Shown here: positions 55,701 to 64,000 of the stretch, piece after piece
Position numbering within the stretch: position 1 is the first letter of the stretch
How the letters are laid out: every line of letters starts with the position of its first letter
Assembly (NCBI RefSeq): GCF_009914755.1
Contig: NC_060933.1
Reading direction: 5' to 3' (one strand)
DNA length: 64,000 nucleotides
Source: the human T2T-CHM13v2.0 reference genome, Homo sapiens
Program-made: the position numbers and the translations under genes
Notes under the pieces: generated by a model
What the model was told of the DNA's origin: nothing
The model's input: the letters and a program-made list of their open reading frames with translations, nothing else
Database searches by the model: none

Positions 55701-56881
55701 CTTTTGAGGGACTCAACACATAATTGACTCTCATTCCCTTTCCTTCACGCTTGACCACCACGTCTGCTCACAGCAAGAGCAAATGCCACCTGCTTTCTCC
55801 ACATGCATTCAGAACAGCTCTGTTCACACCAGGGGCATTCTTCCCAGCTGAAACTCTGGCCTGGAGTCTGTTCACACAGCCTGAGCTAATAAAGATCCAA
55901 GAAGCTCCTGGCTTCACTGAAAACATCAGAGGCAAAAGAATGCAGAATAGGAGCAATGGATACTGTCCAGAGGAAAATGGGCTCCTGTTCGAGCAGACCT
56001 TGTTTCACCTCTCAAGCAAGGGCAGAATGTGGGAATATGAGGAGTCCCAAGCTGCCATGGAAACAAATGACCACAGGTTGTACCACAGCATTATTTCATC
56101 TTTCCTAACCTCTCCCTTTAAATTCTCATATTATCTGCACTAGTATATTTAGTCATTTATTTTTTAACCCAATCATTGTTTCAGCATGCATCATTTGTCA
56201 AATGCTATGTTTGGTGTTGGAGAGATGATAAAAGGATAAGGCAACCCTGCTTACTACCTGCTAGAGTCTATTTATCTGGTGGGAAAGTCAGGTGTCTAAG
56301 CCTAGACTTGAAGGAAGAGTAGGAATTCTCCAGTAATTGGGATGAGGATGGAAAGAACTGTTTTCTGTATGAATAGGAAATGTGGTGAGGCAGGAGGGTT
56401 GGATTTGAGAGTGCATAGGATGATTTCACAGAATTCAGTCATTCAGTGTGACTTGGATAAGATATCACAGGTGGAGAGATACACGGCTGAGTATTAGGAG
56501 ACGAAGCTGGCAGGAGGTGCAGGGCCAGATTGTGAATGGCAGTCTAAGCCTCTCAAAGAGTTTGGGTTTTATGCTTCTCAACACACTTAGGAAAGACAAA
56601 GTTTATACTGTATATCACATACAATTGTTAAAATTAAGGATCAGATCATAGAAATGAATCACTTGAAGCCAGATTCTGCAGCCAAATTTGGCTAAAGAAG
56701 CAACAGGGTGGAAGAAAGAGAAATGATAGAAAGCATTTAAGAGTGCAATTTGCTTTTCTCACCTGAAGGTGCTGGTGCAAGTTAGGTTTCTGACCTCTCC
56801 AACAGGCATCTTGTGCCCTGATCCTCATCACCCATCAATCAAAGAACAGCCCTGCCTATCCTACTTCGTAGTTATGAAGAC

Positions 56882-57253
56882 TGCTACGGTTTTGCTGTGC
56901 CCCACCCAAGTCTCATCTTGAATTGTAGTTACCATAATACCCACGTGTCATGGTGGGGGGCCTCGTGGCAAGTGATTAGATTACAGGGCAGTCCCCCCAT
57001 GCTGTTCTCATGATACTCAGTGAATTCTCATGAGATCTGATGGTTTTATAAGGGGCTTTCCTTCATTTCATCTGCACTTCTCTTTCCTGCTGCTGTGTGA
57101 AGAAGGACGTGTTTGCTTCTCCTTCCACCATGATTTTAAGTTTCCTGAGGCCTCCCCAGCCATGTGGAACTGTGAGTCAATTAAACCTCTTTCCTTTATA
57201 AATTAGCCAGTCTTGGGTATGTCTTCATAGCAGCATGAGAATGGACTAATACA
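56882..57253 (+). mobile_element. THE1 (MaLR) solo LTR
   Basis: TG...CCCCACCCAAGTCTCATCTTGAATTGTAG...GAGAATGGACTAATACA; perfect 5-bp TSD AAGAC. Confidence 0.93.
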
Positions 57254-60200
57254 AAGACCAAATGAACAGTGACTGGGAAAGGACTATGCACTTATTTATC
57301 TCCTCTCTCCTTTTAGGTCTCTAGCTTGAGATAGAGATATCACTCTATGGCCCACAAACTAGGAGGTTTTATTCTTCAGAAGCCAAGAGATTCTTTCTCT
57401 AACAGAGTTTCCCATGGCCTGGAAGATAACCTATGACTCTCTAACCCAGTAAGCATGGCTGCTGGCCTCTTCTCTGTTCATTCTACTCATGAACCCGATG
57501 CTCTGGTCATGTGGAATTCCAAATTTGATATGCTAAAAATGAAGAAACAAAACGAAATGATTCCTTGTATATTCTGTAAGTTGATTCCCCACATCCCCAC
57601 ACAGATACAAGGCAAATGCAAAACACTCAGCTAAGAATTCAGCCATCTCTGCCTTGCACATGTTTCCATTGCCCAGATTTCCTCTTTTGATGGTTGTCCG
57701 GAGTTCACCTGTTCTCAGCCCTCCCTCTTCTGGGAAGCCTTTTCTGATTTTGGTGCAGCCATCAGTGAGATCTCTTTTCTTTGTACCCACAGCAATCTAC
57801 AATTCCAATATTGCTTTAACCTCTACAAACAACCCCTTGAACTCAGAGTGAAAATAGAGTCACATTTGTTGGATGTTTCCAGTTGATCTCTCAGGTCCCC
57901 AGATGCTTCATGACTGCATACATCACTCCATCCTATGACTTCATTATTGTACAGTGTTAAATTTTTGGAGTACTCTCTCAACAGAAAAAAAAAAACTGTT
58001 AAAAATGAACAAGCAGAACAACCATCGCAACAACAATAAACACAACATGAGCTTATGAAATCCCCAACCTCTAAGATAAAGCAAGAGGAGGGGTGTCAGA
58101 TAAGAGCATTTCTCTCATTGCTTTCAGCTGCCAAATCTGTCCCTTTAGAAACTGCTAATCTCTGCTCTGACAGGCCATACGGCTCATCTTGCCACAAGAC
58201 CTCACTTGTCCAGTTGTCATGCCACCTGCCGTGGTTCTTCAAGGGAGAACATGCTTATATATTCTTAGCTGAGCCAGGCAAAGAGGTCCCCAATGTGGAG
58301 TTCTCTATTTGAAAATCCTCATACTCAGCTCTCTCAGGTATGTAGCCAAGTTATCTGCTAGACCCAAGAATTCTGGTCAAGGAAGTGACTACGTCTGCTA
58401 TATCACCAGCCTAGAATCCCTGTGCCCTTTCCTTCCTGGGAATTGACTTAAGGGGGCAGGCAGATTTTTCATGCACAAAGGATCAGACTGCCCTTCCCTT
58501 ATATAATGGGGTGACAGTCTCATCCTTCCAAGAGATGTGTCCTTAGTTCCTCAGTTTTCTTTTATGGAACTCTAACCTCAGTGACAAAAGAGTGATTTAT
58601 CTTTCCAGTAGAGGCTCATCATGGGATTTCAAAATATCTACATGTATGTTCAGATTTGCAAAGTACCCTATTCTCTTTTTCCCCAGTTCTAGGAGAGACT
58701 GCTCTTGATGAATCAAAAATGGTTTCCTGGCATGTGTCTTGTTGAGAACAGAAGGAAAAACAAAATTTAATCACTGGCATATATCCCACCACAATCAATT
58801 TCACGATTCTATAATGCAATTGCACCATTTCTTGCTAATATGTGCTATTAGACAGCAGATTTGTTGAGAGTGGGAATTACATCTTACCTATAACCATTAA
58901 GGCATTACACCTTAATTCTATCCATGCACACAGTTTCTAAGCTAGAACCTGCTGCGGAGTTGCACTCTAGTGATTTATTTATTATTTCACTAAAGAAAGA
59001 AGACTGAATGAGTGCATGGATCTCCTCCTAGAGTCCTTTCTGGGCACCATGTTCAAAATGAAAAAGGTCTTTTATCTGTGGTCACCAAAATTATATTTCT
59101 GAAAAAGATGCTGAAGTTTGTCTTTGATAAGCTCTCTTACATGTAATTACCTATGTTCCTGGCTATCTTTTATAAAGCAGCAATAAACTCAAGATTGTCT
59201 AATAACAATACCAATGGAAGTACTATGTGCAAAGACCCCTTGGGAATCCCAGGATGGAAACACCTTCCATTAAAAAAGGTAACAGTCTCTTCCTTGGCAA
59301 TACAGGATAATGGTGATATCAGAATATTTCAGAACGTATGTGCCTACTTATCAACAGGTATCAGTGTGAAGACACTGTGTACAGGTTCTGGCTCTAGCTC
59401 TGCTGCCAACCTACTAAGCTAGCTTTGATAAGTCTTTGTCCATCTCTGGGGCTCAGTTTCATTTTCTCCAAAAAGCAGTGGAAGGAATGTATTATCTCCG
59501 TGATCACTTGGAAAACCACATCCCTGCTTATTAATCTCCTGGAAGCTCCTATGGATTACGTACCTAAAATCAGACATGCTGGTCTAGCTCACAGGCCCTT
59601 TCCCTTAACACTGACCCTCATCTGACTGGTGGGCCAGCCAAGACTTAATATTTACCATTATGTTGTGTCCAAAGAGAACTGCTGTGATCTGGTAGTGGGG
59701 ATTTGGAGTTTTCAAAATCCTGAACAGTGGCTCTTTACTGCTCCCTGGTGGTATAAGTGGGCTTCTGATGATGTCCAAAGAAAACGTTTTCTCTCTGAGA
59801 TGTAGACTCCGCTCTTATCTTTTGGAAGGCTTAATGAGCCAAATATGTAACATGCCAGCACAATGCCTGCTACCAAGTAGCTGCTGAATAATGCATATTT
59901 ATTTGTCCCTTCCAAAGGAAATTGGCTACAGATAGTTATGTTTTGAAGATTCTTTAAAAATATTACCATTATAGAGTAGGAATTTAGAGCATACAATAAT
60001 AATGATAATGATAATAAATAATAATAGCAGTAAATCATGGGTATTTATTATATAACACCAAAAAAACTAAAAGTAATCAAGCAAAAGAGGGGTATACAAA
60101 CTCTGAAAAAAATGAAAATTTATGTATTTGCTCATTCTTTTATTTATAATTTGTGAAGATGATAGGAATAAGGGGAGTCTAACACTTATTAGAGTCTATA

Positions 60201-60491
60201 TTTTTCCATGTTTTCCATGTTGATATTTAACACCTAGAAAAATCTAATCATGCAGAAGTGAATAGCCTCATTCTACATAGGAGGGAACTGCGGCTCAGGG
60301 AGACAAATAGCATGCTGAACGTTCCAAGGGCAATGTGTGGCCAGCATCTATAATTTAATCCAAGTATGCCTTGCCCCAGACCTTTGCTGTTTCTAACATA
60401 TCATCCAGCTTTCTGGGGGCTTTAAAATCACTTCATCGTCTACCCCTTGAAAAGACGGAGAAACAATGACTCAGAGAGAGATGCTCTTTCT

Positions 60492-60662
60492 CCAGTGGTA
60501 TGCTGGTAAATGTTTACCAACCAAGTCAGGGTGGTGGTGGGCAGGGACCAATCTATGGTATTTGCTGATTTCTCTGTTTAAAAAATACTCTCATCATGAT
60601 CTATTTTATTGAATGTGGAGTTGGAAAGTAACGGGCTCTCGTGTGCTGGCAGCACATGACTG
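60492..60662. mobile_element. MER63A-like hAT MITE
   Basis: Terminal inverted repeats CAGTGGTATGCTGG / CAGCACATGACTG. Confidence 0.7.
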
Positions 60663-61351
60663 CTCCTAAATTTTACAGTGACAGCTTACAAATATTTATT
60701 GAGTATCAACATATTCCAGACTGATGTGAACAAGAACTCAAGTGTCTGGGCCAACTCCAGCTCCCTTCTGCTTTCTGGCTCTGGACAATAGAATCTGAGA
60801 TGTCATTCTGCTACAACCTCACCAATTGGCCATTTTAGCCTCTGATTCTGCCCTTTTCCTATGACTCTGACTTCATGATATGAGAATATTTAGTATCAAG
60901 GTGAGGTGGCAAGACATTCATAGAGACTTAAATGAGTCACTGTCTGCCTATAGTAATGCCCCTTAGTATGGGAAAGAGATGCCCCTCTCATGGTGTGGTA
61001 CCAATCAGCATCAGGATCTCTGCAATATGCTTATGCCAGTGGACTCTATGCTTCATGAAGGCAGAATATCTATCTTTTTATATACAGTTGCATTTCTAGA
61101 GCATAGAAAGATGGACTGATCCACTGTAGGTACATAATAAATAATTGTTGATGGCCAGGATATTAGAATTTCACTGTTTATATAAATTGCTTATTATTCT
61201 ATGATTTTGGAAAGGACATTTAAAACCTCTGGAAGTCAGTTTCTCTATCATTGAAATGAAGAAAATACTAGCTACTATGAAAGTTTTTATAGGATTAAAA
61301 TACTGTACATCAAGTTCTAGGTACATAGTAGAAAATAAACAAAGAAAATTA

Positions 61352-61505
61352 TTCTTTTCCTTCTCCTCCTTCTCCTCCTCCTCCTCTTTCTCTTCCTCCT
61401 CCTTCTCCTTCTCTTCCTCTTCTTCCTCCTTCTCCTCTTCTTCTTTCCCACTACTTTTTGTTTTTATTATTATTGTCACTATTATTATTACTATTATTAT
61501 TTAAT
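61352..61505. repeat. (CTC/TTC)n polypyrimidine tract followed by (ATT)n
   Basis: Visible simple repeats; they explain the poly-Glu and poly-Ser ORFs. Confidence 0.95.
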
Positions 61506-62474
61506 TATTTTTTATTTTCAAGAATGCCATAATATAAACCAGGCTTATGAGACAGGTAGATTCTGATCACAACACGTTATATATATTTGGCAGACATATT
61601 TACATCATGCATCTCAGCCAATACTCATAACTTCCCTCTCTTAAATAGGTATCAGGTAGTTCATTTTATAGGTGAAGAATGAGGTCTGCACAATTAGTAC
61701 CTCCTGGGATTTTTGCACAAACAAAAAGCTTCTCTGCTTGGATAACTCTTCTGTGGTGTGCTTTAAAGCCAAGCTTGTTTGTTCTACTATATTCAAAGGC
61801 TACTTCCTCTACCTGAGGCAGAGTTTGCTGTTTCTCTCTTTGTGCTCCTGTTGCATGGGATAACTTTATCTACCATTGTAGCTTTTACTTGTCATTTATT
61901 GTTCCTTTTATTAAAAGCCTATTTCTTGACAACCTCCTGGCTGTCAGAAATTTTGCTCAGGCTTTAGGAATATAGTGAGTAGCAAAACAGATAAAACTTT
62001 CTGACCCAACAGAGCAAAGATGTCATGAGACATAGACGTTAATCAAATAGCCATAAATACACTCTATATGAAATAAACAGGCAGCTGGAATTGAGAGAGC
62101 GAAAGGTAGCTTGAGATTAGACTGAGTTTTTAAGCAAGGGCAACATTATCCATAATTGTCCTACTAAGGATTTCAGGTTTTTATCCTAAGAATAATAGGA
62201 ATCTTCAAAATAGTTTAAACAGAAGAGTGACTTGATCAGAATTTAATTTTAAAATACTACTGTCTTTCTTTTATAGAGAATACAGCTATTTTCCACACTA
62301 CTTAAAGACACAGACCATGTTCAGTATTCCTGTAGCATCTAGCAAAATAGTTGGCATATAGTTGGCACCTAGGATTGTTGTTAAAATAGTAAATGAAATA
62401 CAGCAATATCTGAGATTTATATATATTTATAAATTATGTAATAATTTTTATTTATAAATCATGTAATAATTTTT

Positions 62475-63942
<1,468 letters not shown>

Positions 63943-64000
63943 TAATAATTTTTATATATAAATTATGTAATCATTTATATATAAATCATGTAATCATTTT

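Noticed and set aside
61171-61504. Poly-Glu and poly-Ser ORFs
   Set aside because: Translations of simple repeats

Overview
This is repeat-rich, non-genic primate DNA, most likely human or another great ape (AluY, L1PA2-type LINE-1, HERV-H/LTR7). I found no credible cellular protein-coding exon, RNA gene or CRISPR-like array. The ORF track is explained by retroelement remnants, simple repeats and chance ORFs. The main feature is a two-LTR HERV-H provirus (8250-13990, + strand). It has a 5-bp TSD (GTTAT), an intact tRNA-His PBS, major splice donor and PPT, two intact Gag zinc knuckles, and deleted pol/env. It sits inside an older L1MA fragment. Its LTRs carry two ACAAAAGA SOX-type motifs, as in the pluripotency-active LTR7up group. 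Its leader has a ~61-64-bp tandem array in which two units carry a GTAAGT donor consensus. Other structures include a twin-primed (5'-inverted) L1PA2 with almost no poly(A) inside an AT-rich minisatellite, an L1PA15/16-like element whose 5'UTR is fused to late ORF2, an inverted old L1M, a nested repeat cluster at 36-47 kb, solo LTRs, about 15 Alus and DNA-transposon fossils. The sequence alone does not support a new biological system; the best lead is the HERV-H promoter, splice and uORF architecture. Subfamily names are from recalled consensus features, not a database search, and boundaries of old repeats are approximate.
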